This document shows positions 46,212 through 55,477 of a stretch of 64,000 bases of DNA, piece after piece. Origin of the DNA: an uncultured Acidimicrobiales bacterium (GTDB taxonomy: Bacteria > Actinomycetota > Acidimicrobiia > Acidimicrobiales > SHLQ01). The notes beneath the pieces are model-generated. The model searched no databases. It saw only the letters and a list, made by a program, of their open reading frames with translations, and was not told where the DNA came from. Position 1 is the first letter of the stretch. Each line of letters opens with the position of its first letter. A program made the translations under genes and the position numbers. The stretch covers positions 157,790 through 221,789 of the forward strand of contig CAZFBD010000001.1 in assembly GCA_964517125.1 (NCBI GenBank), in the 5' to 3' direction.

Positions 46212-47111
46212 ATGAGCCAGAACGCCGTTTCGTTTGGAATCGACCTCGTCGATGCAGCAGGTGCCGAGGTCGTTGGACGACGTCGCGAGCTGGAGTTGGT
46301 TGTGGCCGCCATGGGGGCAGCGCGCCATGTGCTGCTCGAGGGCCCACCGGGTACCGGCAAGTCCACGCTGCTCCGTGCGGTGGCTGACCATGCCGGACTG
46401 GATCTCGTGTTCGTCGAGGGCAACGCCGAACTCACACCGGCTCGGTTGGCCGGGCACTTCGACCCCGCGCAGGTGTTGTCGCAGGGATACGTGGCCGACG
46501 TGTTCATCGACGGCCCGCTGCTCACCGCGATGCGCAATGGGGGGCTCCTGTATGTGGAGGAGATCAACCGGGTTCCCGAGGAGACGCTGAACCTGCTCGT
46601 CACGGTCATGAGCGAGCGAGAACTGACGGTGCCGCGTCTCGGCCGAGTTGCCGCACACGACGATTTCCGGCTGGTCGCCGCCATGAACCCGTTCGACGCC
46701 GTCGGCACAGCCCGCATCGCTGGCGCAATCTACGACCGGGTCAATCGGCTGTCTGTCGGTTATCAGACCGAGGCCGAGGAGCTCGCCATCGTGGAACGCG
46801 AAGCAGGCACGACGCCGCTGAACGAACGTGCGGTCAAGTGTGTTCGCCTCACCCGTAGCCACAACGACATTCGAGTCGGCAGTTCCATCCGAGGCGCGAT
46901 CGATCTGGTGCTTCTCGCGGACCAGTTGCGCGACCTCCGGGGCCTACCCGAACCCGATCACGACTGCGGCCTCGACGCAGCAACCACCGCACTCAGCGGT
47001 CGCATTCGCCTGCATGAGAGCAGCGGTCGCACTCCCGAAGACGTCGTCGCCGAGATCTGGGCGGCCACCGCCCCTCGGGAGGACGCCGGAGAAGAGTCGG
47101 GAAAAGCGTAG
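46212..47111 (+). CDS. MoxR-like AAA+ ATPase (CoxD/GvpN-type)
   Basis: EGPPGTGKST, LYVEEINR, AAMNP, IYDR. Confidence 0.85.
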   Translation: MSQNAVSFGIDLVDAAGAEVVGRRRELELVVAAMGAARHVLLEGPPGTGKSTLLRAVADHAGLDLVFVEGNAELTPARLAGHFDPAQVLSQGYVADVFIDGPLLTAMRNGGLLYVEEINRVPEETLNLLVTVMSERELTVPRLGRVAAHDDFRLVAAMNPFDAVGTARIAGAIYDRVNRLSVGYQTEAEELAIVEREAGTTPLNERAVKCVRLTRSHNDIRVGSSIRGAIDLVLLADQLRDLRGLPEPDHDCGLDAATTALSGRIRLHESSGRTPEDVVAEIWAATAPREDAGEESGKA

Positions 47112-47149
47112 ACCCCCAAACGGGGGGCACGAGCCAGAGTCAGGACGCC

Positions 47150-48070
47150 GTGCTCGAAGGAGCCGAGGCGCAGGAACAGCTGCAACAGGAGCAGCGCCAA
47201 ACCACCGCCCGGCGCAGCCTGGAACGCATGGATGGGTTCGACGAGATGTCCCCCGACGTCGGCCAGCTCGATATCGAAGCGGTGGAACACGCACTGACCG
47301 AAGACACTGACGTGGCGCTGTCCCTGCTGGCAGACATGGCATCGGCCACCGACGTGAGGTTGCGAGCCCTGGCCCAACGCATGGCAGCGCGCGTCGTGCT
47401 CGACCTTGCGTCCACAAGCGGAACCAGCAAGCGCGGGATCGGCCGGATGCGGTCCATTCCCATGTCCGACAGCGGTGGAGATCTGGACATCGAGGGCAGT
47501 CTCGACGCTCTCGTGGCGGCCCGAGCCTCGGGTCAACCGCCGCAGATCGATGAACTGCGGGTCCGCTCCTGGACCACTCCCGATGCGGCATTCGTCGTGC
47601 TGATCGACCGCAGCGGCTCCATGACTGGCGACCGCGTTGCCACGGCTGCCGTGGCTGCGGCAGCCGCAGCGCACAAGGCCAACACGGACTACGGCATCAT
47701 CGCGTTCAACGACAAAGCGCTCGTCGTGAAGGCCATCGGCGAGGCCAGACCGGTGGAAGACGTCGTGAACGATGTGCTGCGCCTCCGCGGTTTCGGCCCG
47801 ACCGATCTGTCCCTCGCCTTGCGGACCGCCGCGGCGCAGCTCGATCGGGCAACGGCGGGAAGACGGCGGGTGATTCTGCTCTCCGATTGTCGACCCACTG
47901 CCGGGAGCGAGCCGGAACGGGCTGCTGGTGGGCTCGAAGAGCTCGGAATCCTGGCTCCGGCCGACGATTGCGCCGACGCGCAGGCACTGGCAAACGACGT
48001 CGGGGCCCGTTGGGCCACACTCGCGGGACCCACCGACGTGCCCAGCGCCTTTGCAGCCCTTGCTGACTGA
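47150..48070 (+). CDS. VWA domain protein (CoxE-like)
   Basis: GDLDIEGSL, MIDAS DRSGSM, GPTDL, ILLSD. Start uncertain. Confidence 0.8.
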   Translation: MLEGAEAQEQLQQEQRQTTARRSLERMDGFDEMSPDVGQLDIEAVEHALTEDTDVALSLLADMASATDVRLRALAQRMAARVVLDLASTSGTSKRGIGRMRSIPMSDSGGDLDIEGSLDALVAARASGQPPQIDELRVRSWTTPDAAFVVLIDRSGSMTGDRVATAAVAAAAAAHKANTDYGIIAFNDKALVVKAIGEARPVEDVVNDVLRLRGFGPTDLSLALRTAAAQLDRATAGRRRVILLSDCRPTAGSEPERAAGGLEELGILAPADDCADAQALANDVGARWATLAGPTDVPSAFAALAD

Positions 48071-48150
48071 TCCTCATCCCGGCATCGGCAGCACGGCCGC
48101 GGCTACCATCGCCGAAGTCCAGAACTGGCACAACGCGCGGGAGTCACACC

Positions 48151-51100
48151 ATGGCCGAGATTGAGCAGAAGATCGCCCATGCGGCGGCGATCCGCGAAGA
48201 CACCGCAACCCGAGAACGGAACCTGGCCGGCTACTTCGCCACCATCATCGGCGTCGGTGCGCTCGTCGCCGTGGTTGGTTGGCTGCTTTTTCGCGGCGAC
48301 GACTGTTTCCAAACGGTGCTGGATTCCCAGTTCGCCACCGACGCAACCCGGTTCACCAACAAGTTCGACCCGGACAGCGGATGTACACAGGACGATCTGG
48401 CGGGGTCGCTGCTGCGCAATGTCCTGTTCGTCGCCATCTATTGTGCTGCACTTGGCGGAACACTTCGTCGCTGGTGGAACGCCTCCTGGGACAGCGAGCC
48501 GGGCAAGACACGGGTGTCCGGCACGGTCTTCCTCGGCATCGCCGCGGTTGCCACCGCGCTCTCGGCCGCTGGCGGACTGCTTGCCTATGCGTCGCTCAAC
48601 ATCGAGGACGGCGTCGCCACGCTCGCCGCGGCCGCTTTGGTATCGGCGCTTGCCTGGGCCAAGTGGCTCCTCGTGCTGCTTCTGCTCGTGGCGCTCATCC
48701 TCACCGGACTCTCCTGGTCCGTCCGACTCGTCGCCTGGATCTACCGCCAGGCCCGTGACTCTCGGCAAGCCGAGGACTACGTGCCCGAGCAGTTCGACTG
48801 GTCGCCCGACGGCCGACCCGGCAACGGCAGCTTCTCCGTGTCGCTCTCCGGCGGTGGCATCCGATCGGCCGCGTTCAGCATGGGCGCCCTGAGTGCGCTT
48901 GAGGACTTCAAGATCGGCAGCTTCGACGGGGACCCGCCGCAATCGATGTTGCGATCGGCATCACTGCTCGCAACGGTCTCGGGCGGCGGGTACGCGGGAA
49001 CGGCGTGGCGCATCGCCGCAGGCACGCTCGATGATCCCGCACCAGAGGACACGTCCCTCATCGGCAACCCAAATCTCTATGTCCCGACCGCTGCACAGCG
49101 GTTCACGAACAGTCGCCCGGAAGACGAGGAGTCGTTGCTCGCTGAGGATCAGGGGCCGCCGTTGTTCCAGCGCGTGCGGGAACGCCGCGCCTTCCTCCGA
49201 AACGGACGCGGCGGCATGGCCGCCTCACTCATCCAGACGTTGCTGCAACTGGCCCTCCACATCGGTCTTGTCCTTTGGAGCGTCGGCATCGTTGCCTGGC
49301 TCGTGGGCCGTTTCATCGGCTCGTGGGCGATCACGACCGGAGCCGACACAGCGACCCTTGCCGACGACGCGATCGAATACTCACGACTGATCCGACCAGC
49401 GGGGTGGGCCCTGGTCGCCTTCGTCCTGTTCGCCATTCCCCGACTCTTCCTCCACGACGGACCCGGTCGAAAGCGCTGGGACGCTCTCGCCGGCTTCTGG
49501 CTGTTCGTTGCCGTGGCGCTGGCCGCGGGACTGGTTGCGGTTCCGTGGATGGTCGTGGAACTGCTTCCGGCAATCGAACAGATCCTGCCGGGAGGAGCGG
49601 GCCCACAATCGACCGTCGCCCTCGCACTGAGCGGCGGAGTGGCCGCAAGCGTGTGGCGGGTCCTGCAGGCACCGATCAAGTCCCGGGCACTGTACCTGGG
49701 TGGTGTCTTCCTGGCGATTTCCCTTGTGCTGTTCGCAATGATGGTTGCGAGCGAGGCGATCAATCCCCCGTCGAATCTGATCTTCTTCCCGGACAGCTAC
49801 CTCACCTGGGGCCTCGCCATCGGCGGCTTCGTGCTGGCCCTGGCGGTCCTCAACCCGGAGCTGTGGTCGCTGCACCCCATCTACGCCCGACTGATCCGTG
49901 GGACGTTCGGTAACCGTCTGGTCGGCGGCGAATGGGACGAGCTCGAAAACGGACACTGGCCCCGCTTGTCTGAGTATCGGGGCGCGCCTGGCCCGCAACC
50001 GCTCATTTGTGCGGCCGCCGCCCGAAACGAGCGCGACAACACCGGCCTTCGCGTTGTTTCCATGACCTTTGAGCCCGACTGCGTGACGCTGCATCAGGGG
50101 CCATCGGCCCGCGGCGAGAGCAATAGCCGCGCCATCGATACCGAGAAGTACGAGCGCATCTTCAACGGCCGGGCGGGAAGCAAGCGGCTCCAGAGCATCC
50201 TTGGCTATACGGCGGTCTCCGCTGCGGCGCTGGCACCGTCGCTGGGTCGTCTCAGCCTCGGCTCCACGAATGCCCTCATCGCTGCGCTCAACATGCGCCT
50301 CGGGGTGTGGCTTCCGAATCCCGATTATGAAGACGGTACGCGTCGAATCGGTCCGCACATGATCAACATGTACAAGGAGCTCACCGGGAGCTTTGGTATC
50401 GCCGAACCCAACGTCTACGTGACCGACGGTGGCCACTGGGAGAACATGGCCCTCGTCGAGCTCATCCGCCGCCGGGCCAAGGTCGTCATCGCCGTCGACG
50501 CATCGGCCGACCAGCCCTACTCGTTCAAGATCTTCCAGGAAGCGATCGAACTCGCACGGCTCGAATGCGGCGCACACATTCGCTTCGTCGATGGGCACGG
50601 CATTGCCGAGATGCGGCCCGGCGACCGGGCTCGACCCATTCGCAACTGGGCCATCGCCACGATCGAGTACGCCGATGGATCGACGGGCCGGCTCCTCTTC
50701 ATCAAGGCGCAGTCCTCGGACGCCATGCCGCTCGACATCCTTCGCTTTGCCAAGGAAGACCCCGACTTTCCGAACTATTCAACTGCGAACCAGATGCTCT
50801 CCGACAAGGAGTTCAGCCACATGGCCGTGTTGGGTCGTGAATCCATGGTGCGGGCCGTGAACGAACACTTCGACTGGTTGTTCAAGGACTTCTCGTTCGC
50901 ACCTGCTCGCCCTGTGGACGGCGCCGAGGCGACACAGTCTGCGCCGCGTATCACCGCGGTGGACGAAGACCTAGCGGATTCCGAGCCGGCCCCGCTTGAG
51001 GAGGCGGTGATGTCGGAGCCAGTGTTCGAGGCAGCAACGATGGAGGAGGAGCTGCCCGGCGACGAGATTGTCGAGGACACCATGCTCGAAGAATCGCTGC

Positions 51101-51243
51101 AGGACACGGCTGACGTGGCAGCGTCCGCCGTGAGCTCTCCTTCGCGTGTCTACCTGCAGGTGGCACCGCGTCCGAGAGACACACCCACGGCTGCTCAGGG
51201 AACCGGTGGTCTCATCTCCGTGTCCGAGGCCGAACACGCCTGA
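48151..51243 (+). CDS. Large polytopic membrane protein with patatin/cPLA2-like phospholipase motifs
   Basis: SLSGGGIRSA oxyanion loop, TVSGGGY nucleophile, AVSAAA, TDGGHWEN catalytic Asp, VDAS; about 10 TM segments; acidic tail. Confidence 0.8.
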   Translation: MAEIEQKIAHAAAIREDTATRERNLAGYFATIIGVGALVAVVGWLLFRGDDCFQTVLDSQFATDATRFTNKFDPDSGCTQDDLAGSLLRNVLFVAIYCAALGGTLRRWWNASWDSEPGKTRVSGTVFLGIAAVATALSAAGGLLAYASLNIEDGVATLAAAALVSALAWAKWLLVLLLLVALILTGLSWSVRLVAWIYRQARDSRQAEDYVPEQFDWSPDGRPGNGSFSVSLSGGGIRSAAFSMGALSALEDFKIGSFDGDPPQSMLRSASLLATVSGGGYAGTAWRIAAGTLDDPAPEDTSLIGNPNLYVPTAAQRFTNSRPEDEESLLAEDQGPPLFQRVRERRAFLRNGRGGMAASLIQTLLQLALHIGLVLWSVGIVAWLVGRFIGSWAITTGADTATLADDAIEYSRLIRPAGWALVAFVLFAIPRLFLHDGPGRKRWDALAGFWLFVAVALAAGLVAVPWMVVELLPAIEQILPGGAGPQSTVALALSGGVAASVWRVLQAPIKSRALYLGGVFLAISLVLFAMMVASEAINPPSNLIFFPDSYLTWGLAIGGFVLALAVLNPELWSLHPIYARLIRGTFGNRLVGGEWDELENGHWPRLSEYRGAPGPQPLICAAAARNERDNTGLRVVSMTFEPDCVTLHQGPSARGESNSRAIDTEKYERIFNGRAGSKRLQSILGYTAVSAAALAPSLGRLSLGSTNALIAALNMRLGVWLPNPDYEDGTRRIGPHMINMYKELTGSFGIAEPNVYVTDGGHWENMALVELIRRRAKVVIAVDASADQPYSFKIFQEAIELARLECGAHIRFVDGHGIAEMRPGDRARPIRNWAIATIEYADGSTGRLLFIKAQSSDAMPLDILRFAKEDPDFPNYSTANQMLSDKEFSHMAVLGRESMVRAVNEHFDWLFKDFSFAPARPVDGAEATQSAPRITAVDEDLADSEPAPLEEAVMSEPVFEAATMEEELPGDEIVEDTMLEESLQDTADVAASAVSSPSRVYLQVAPRPRDTPTAAQGTGGLISVSEAEHA

Positions 51244-51259
51244 CGCAGGAACCCATGGC

Positions 51260-51619
51260 TCAGGCCGGTGCCGGCGGCTGCGTGATGACGTAGAACTTGC
51301 GGAGAGGCTCCAGGACATCCCACCGGCCGGCCCAGCCGACGGGCAGATGCAGGAGGTCGCCTGTAGCGGCCTCTCCCGTGGACCCATCGGCGTTTGTGAT
51401 ACGCACCCGGCCCTCGAGGATGACCATGACCTCGTCGACCTCAGACGCTGGCTCGTCCCAGGCGCCGACGCTGCAACTCCACACGCCCGACTCGGTGGAG
51501 CCGCTGGTGAACTCGGCCAGGTGCATTTCGGCCACGCCGTCTGGCAGCTCGGTGGGCCGGTCTGTGTCAGGCACGAGATGGCCCCAAAGGCTCTCGAGGC
51601 TCCCGAAGTGTGCGTTCAT
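51260..51619 (-). CDS. Cupin (DUF861/EutQ-like)
   Basis: ESGVWSC, DEVMVILEGRVRI, GDLLHLPVGWAGRWDV..LRKFYV. Confidence 0.85.
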   Translation of the reverse strand: MNAHFGSLESLWGHLVPDTDRPTELPDGVAEMHLAEFTSGSTESGVWSCSVGAWDEPASEVDEVMVILEGRVRITNADGSTGEAATGDLLHLPVGWAGRWDVLEPLRKFYVITQPPAPA

Positions 51620-51878
51620 GGCGCCGAGGCTAGAGCGTCCACGGCCGCAGCGCGTGGGTTCAACGGGAGGCTTCCTTGTCCGTCATCACATTGGCACACC
51701 GCGCCTCACCGCCGCAGGCGCTTTGACTCGCAACAAGCGCCGCAATCGCCACAATCCGAACACGTCGGTTCCGCCAGGAGACCATACGCGAGGGATCGGC
51801 CCTTCTGTCCTCTGACTGAAGCCTCTCGGGTGGAGGGACTCCTTGCTTGATGCGCGCGCTTCGGCCAGAATTCCGGCG

Positions 51879-52979
51879 ATGCACGAGGATCTGCCAGCCA
51901 CCATGACCGCCGTTCAACTCACTGGGCACGGCGGGTTCGACAAGCTCGACTATCGCAACGACGTGCCGGTGCCGGAACCCGATGCCGATGAAATCGTTCT
52001 GCGGGTGGGAGCTGCAGGGGTCAACAACACCGATGTGAACACCCGTATCGGGTGGTATTCAAAATCCGTGACGTCCGGCACCGGTGTTGGCGGGAACGGC
52101 GGCTACGACGACGGCGTCGAGGACGACGGGGGCTGGGCCGGTGAGGGACTCTCGTTTCCACGCATCCAGGGCGCCGACGCTGCAGGCACAATCGTGGCGA
52201 TCGGAGCGGCCGTGGACCCGTCACGTATGGGCGAGCGCGTGCTCGTCCGAACCATGCAGACAGCGCACGCCGAAGATGACCCCACTGCTTGCATCACGAT
52301 GGGGTCCGAGATCGACGGAGGCTTCGCCCAGTACTGCTGTGTGAAGTCCGACGAAGCCTTTGCCATCGCCACCACCCTCACCGATGCCGAGCTCGCCTCG
52401 TTTCCCTGCGCCTACTCCACAGCAGAGGGGATGCTCCACCGGGTGCAGCTGGCCGAGGGTGAACGAGTGCTCATCACTGGCGCCTCGGGTGGCGTCGGGT
52501 CCGCAGCCGTTCAGCTGGCGAAGCGCCGTGGCGCAACCGTCATTGCGGTCGCATCGCAGGCGAAGTGGGACGACGTGCTGGCACTCGGCGCCGACCACAT
52601 GGTCGACCGTTCCGCCGACCTCATCGCAGAGGTTGGCGACAGCTCGGTCGACGTGGTTGTGGATGTGGTTGCGGGCCCCACGTGGCCGACGCTGCTCGAG
52701 GTGCTTCGTCGACAGGGCCGATACGTGACCGCTGGCGCAATCGCGGGTCCGATCGTGGAACTCGACGTGCGAACCCTCTACCTGAAGGATCTGGTCCTCA
52801 TGGGATGCACCTATCAGCCACGCGAGGTGTTTGAGAATCTGGTCAGTTACATCGAACGGGGCGAGATCACCCCGGTCGTGGCCCGCACCTATCCAATGTC
52901 GGAGATCGTGCAGGCACAACAGGACTTCCTTGCGAAAGGCTTCGCCGGAAAACTCGTTCTCCTCCCACCCACGACCTGA
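51879..52979 (+). CDS. MDR-superfamily oxidoreductase (quinone oxidoreductase-like)
   Basis: GVNNTD (no catalytic-Zn Cys), QGAD, GSEIDGGFAQY, TGASGGVG, GKLVL. Confidence 0.85.
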   Translation: MHEDLPATMTAVQLTGHGGFDKLDYRNDVPVPEPDADEIVLRVGAAGVNNTDVNTRIGWYSKSVTSGTGVGGNGGYDDGVEDDGGWAGEGLSFPRIQGADAAGTIVAIGAAVDPSRMGERVLVRTMQTAHAEDDPTACITMGSEIDGGFAQYCCVKSDEAFAIATTLTDAELASFPCAYSTAEGMLHRVQLAEGERVLITGASGGVGSAAVQLAKRRGATVIAVASQAKWDDVLALGADHMVDRSADLIAEVGDSSVDVVVDVVAGPTWPTLLEVLRRQGRYVTAGAIAGPIVELDVRTLYLKDLVLMGCTYQPREVFENLVSYIERGEITPVVARTYPMSEIVQAQQDFLAKGFAGKLVLLPPTT

Positions 52980-53018
52980 CCCCTGGAGAAACCGACCCGG
53001 GAAGACGGTGGCCGTGGG

Positions 53019-54140
53019 TCAGGTGTAGGTGGCGATGGGGTCGCCGAGGGATGCGACGTCGACCTCGATGCCGAGGCCGGGTCCCGTGGGAGCGAGCACG
53101 CCACCGTCGACGACGGGGGCGTCCACCACGCCAGTCGACGCCGAGACCATGCCGCGCACGTCCAGAACGCAGCGGAGCAGCCGTTCGGGCACGGTCTGCG
53201 CAAGGTGAACGAGTGCGGCGAATGCGATGTCGGACCCCACGGTGTCCTGGACGCTCATGGTCAGACCGGCGGCGATGCAGATGTCACGGTGCCGTCGGCA
53301 TGCGGTGAGCCCACCGTTCTTCGAGACCTTCAGGCCGACGCCATCGGCGGCGTTGTCGGCGATGGACTGCACGATTGCCGCATCGGAGTTTCCAAGCTCG
53401 TCGATGATGATCGGGACGGTGGTCTGTCGTCGGAGCGCCACCGTCTCACGCCACGTTGCGCATGGCGCCTCCAGGACGAAATCCAGGCCTTCGGGAAGCA
53501 GGCGGAGAAATCGGAGCGCATGCTCCACAGTCATGCCGCCATTGGCGTCGACGATGAAGTACTCCCCCGGCTGGGCGTCGGCAAGGCTTGCAGCAACGCG
53601 CTCCGCGTCGAGCCGCGGGCCGCCCTCCCGTTCGGACGCCCCGACCTTTACCGAGTGACCGCGGTAGCCCTGCTGCCGGTGCTGATCGACGCGTTCTCGC
53701 ATGTCGTCGGGTTCGCCAACGTGGACCGACGAGATGACCGGCATGCGTACCGCTGTCCCGCCACCGAGCAGGTCAGACACCGACATGTCGACCGACTTTC
53801 CGAACGCGTCCCAGCAGGCGACGTCCAGCGGCGTCTTCGCGTGCTGATGGCCAGCGAGCAGGTCATCCATTCGGTCCTGAAACCTGTCGACGAGCCGGGG
53901 ATCGGACCCAAGAAGGTGCGGCGCCATCTCGTCGATGCCCGAGCGGACGCCGCGTGCGTGGGCCGCGACGTAGTTGGTTCCGAACGGGGTTGACTCGCCC
54001 CATCCTTCGATCCCGTCATCGGTCGTCAGACGCACGATCGTGGCGTCGAAGCTGCGGTATTCGCGGCCCCCCGACAGCGTGTACACCCCACCCGCGAACG
54101 GCAGGTCTTTCTGGAAGACGTCGATGCGTTCGATCTGCAT
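53019..54140 (-). CDS. Mandelate racemase/muconate lactonizing enzyme family (hydroxyproline betaine epimerase / 3-hydroxyproline dehydratase-like)
   Basis: GWGESTPFG, DVACWD, SVKVG, DANGG, EAPC, IDE, KVSKNGG, QDTVGSDI. Confidence 0.85.
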   Translation of the reverse strand: MQIERIDVFQKDLPFAGGVYTLSGGREYRSFDATIVRLTTDDGIEGWGESTPFGTNYVAAHARGVRSGIDEMAPHLLGSDPRLVDRFQDRMDDLLAGHQHAKTPLDVACWDAFGKSVDMSVSDLLGGGTAVRMPVISSVHVGEPDDMRERVDQHRQQGYRGHSVKVGASEREGGPRLDAERVAASLADAQPGEYFIVDANGGMTVEHALRFLRLLPEGLDFVLEAPCATWRETVALRRQTTVPIIIDELGNSDAAIVQSIADNAADGVGLKVSKNGGLTACRRHRDICIAAGLTMSVQDTVGSDIAFAALVHLAQTVPERLLRCVLDVRGMVSASTGVVDAPVVDGGVLAPTGPGLGIEVDVASLGDPIATYT

Positions 54141-54212
54141 CGGGCCAAGGTAGCTGACCCGCATGTTCAGACAACCACCGACGTACGTCCTGCTCGCAGG
54201 CGCTCGGGTTGT

Positions 54213-55442
54213 TCACCCCAGGATGACGAAGGTCATTCCAGCGTGTTCCGTGAGCGGTTCGGTGAGGCTGACCCCAAAGGCGGTGCTTGGGGTGTGGAAT
54301 CCGCCGGCAGCGTCGGACGTGTCGAGCGTGGAGAGCACCACGGCTGCCTCGCCGAGCATCTTTGCGGTTGACCCGTAGCCGGGATCCCGGTCGCCGGTGA
54401 CCTTGGCGTTCAGGCTCCGACCGTCCGAAGTGGTCCCGTACATGCGGATGTCGTAGAAGCCGTTCTCCTGCTCGGACGGTGTAGGCCCTTCGCCCGGCTT
54501 TGGCAGGACGCGGTCGTTCAGGAGTCTGCGGGCCGGACCGATTGCGGCGGCTGCCATGAAGGCTCCCAGTCCGCCAGTGAGCGCTCCGGCTTTGGCGATG
54601 CCGGCAACGCCGTCACCCATGAGCATGGCTTCGTCGTAGCGGAAGTCTTCGCCCCAGGGCATGCCGAGCAGCGCATGGCTGCGGTGCACGATCCGCGTGT
54701 TGACCGAGGCCATGACGAACGGGGCGATCCACTGGCCGGAAGCGTCATCCTTCGTCGGAGCGACCACATTCTTCTGTCGGACTCCACTGCGCTGTCCGTC
54801 CGGAGCGAGCGCGTAAGGATTGGCGAGGACGGAGCGAAGTTCCGGTTCTGCCCGCACGTCTTCGACCGCGTTCATCATGCTCGCGATCGTTCCGCCGCTC
54901 GCTCCGCCCTTCATGGCCTTCACCCGCATGGCGATGGAGGTGAGCGGAGCCGCGAATCGCTCGGTCGCTGCGGCTTGCAGGAACGCAACGCCGAGGTCCG
55001 AAGGAATCGAATCGAAGCCGCACGCGTGCACGATCCGCGCGCCGCTGGCTACCGCGGCGTCGTGATGTGTATCGATCATCTCCCGCATCCAATGCGGTTC
55101 ACCAGTCAGGTCGCAGTAGTCCGTGCCATGGTTTGCGCATGCGGCCACAAGGGCCGAGCCATAGAGGGCATACGGTCCGACGGTGGAGACGATCGTCCGG
55201 GTGCGTGCCACGAGCGCGTCCATGTCTGACGAGGACGCTGCGTCGGCGACGATGCGGTCCACCTGGGCCCCGGTTTCGTTGGCCACCTGATCGAGTTTCG
55301 CGGCGTTGCGGCCGGCGATCGCCCAGCGAAGACCTCCGTCGGTGCCGTGCCTGTGCACCAGGTGGCGGCACAGGATCTGTCCGACGAAGCTCGTGGCTCC
55401 GAACACGATGAGGTCGAACTCGGTGGACTCGTTCTCAGGCAT
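54213..55442 (-). CDS. Saccharopine dehydrogenase-like oxidoreductase (trans-acting enoyl reductase family)
   Basis: FGATSFVG, AGRN, TVGPY, YCDLTGE, CGFDSIPSD, SGGT, DPGYGST. Confidence 0.88.
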   Translation of the reverse strand: MPENESTEFDLIVFGATSFVGQILCRHLVHRHGTDGGLRWAIAGRNAAKLDQVANETGAQVDRIVADAASSSDMDALVARTRTIVSTVGPYALYGSALVAACANHGTDYCDLTGEPHWMREMIDTHHDAAVASGARIVHACGFDSIPSDLGVAFLQAAATERFAAPLTSIAMRVKAMKGGASGGTIASMMNAVEDVRAEPELRSVLANPYALAPDGQRSGVRQKNVVAPTKDDASGQWIAPFVMASVNTRIVHRSHALLGMPWGEDFRYDEAMLMGDGVAGIAKAGALTGGLGAFMAAAAIGPARRLLNDRVLPKPGEGPTPSEQENGFYDIRMYGTTSDGRSLNAKVTGDRDPGYGSTAKMLGEAAVVLSTLDTSDAAGGFHTPSTAFGVSLTEPLTEHAGMTFVILG

Positions 55443-55477
55443 GGTCTGACCCTACCCGGCGTGCGGTGGGCGAGATC

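Noticed and set aside
48151..51243. CBASS CapV effector or defence island
   Set aside because: No CD-NTase or other defence or mobile genes adjacent.
51620..51878. Riboswitch or structured ncRNA
   Set aside because: Only short stems (e.g. GGCGCTT/AAGCGCC); no recognisable TPP, SAM, cobalamin or glycine core. An Rfam cmscan would be decisive.
51879..52979. AcuI acryloyl-CoA reductase
   Set aside because: Same MDR superfamily, but I could not recognise AcuI/YhdH-specific features; left generic.
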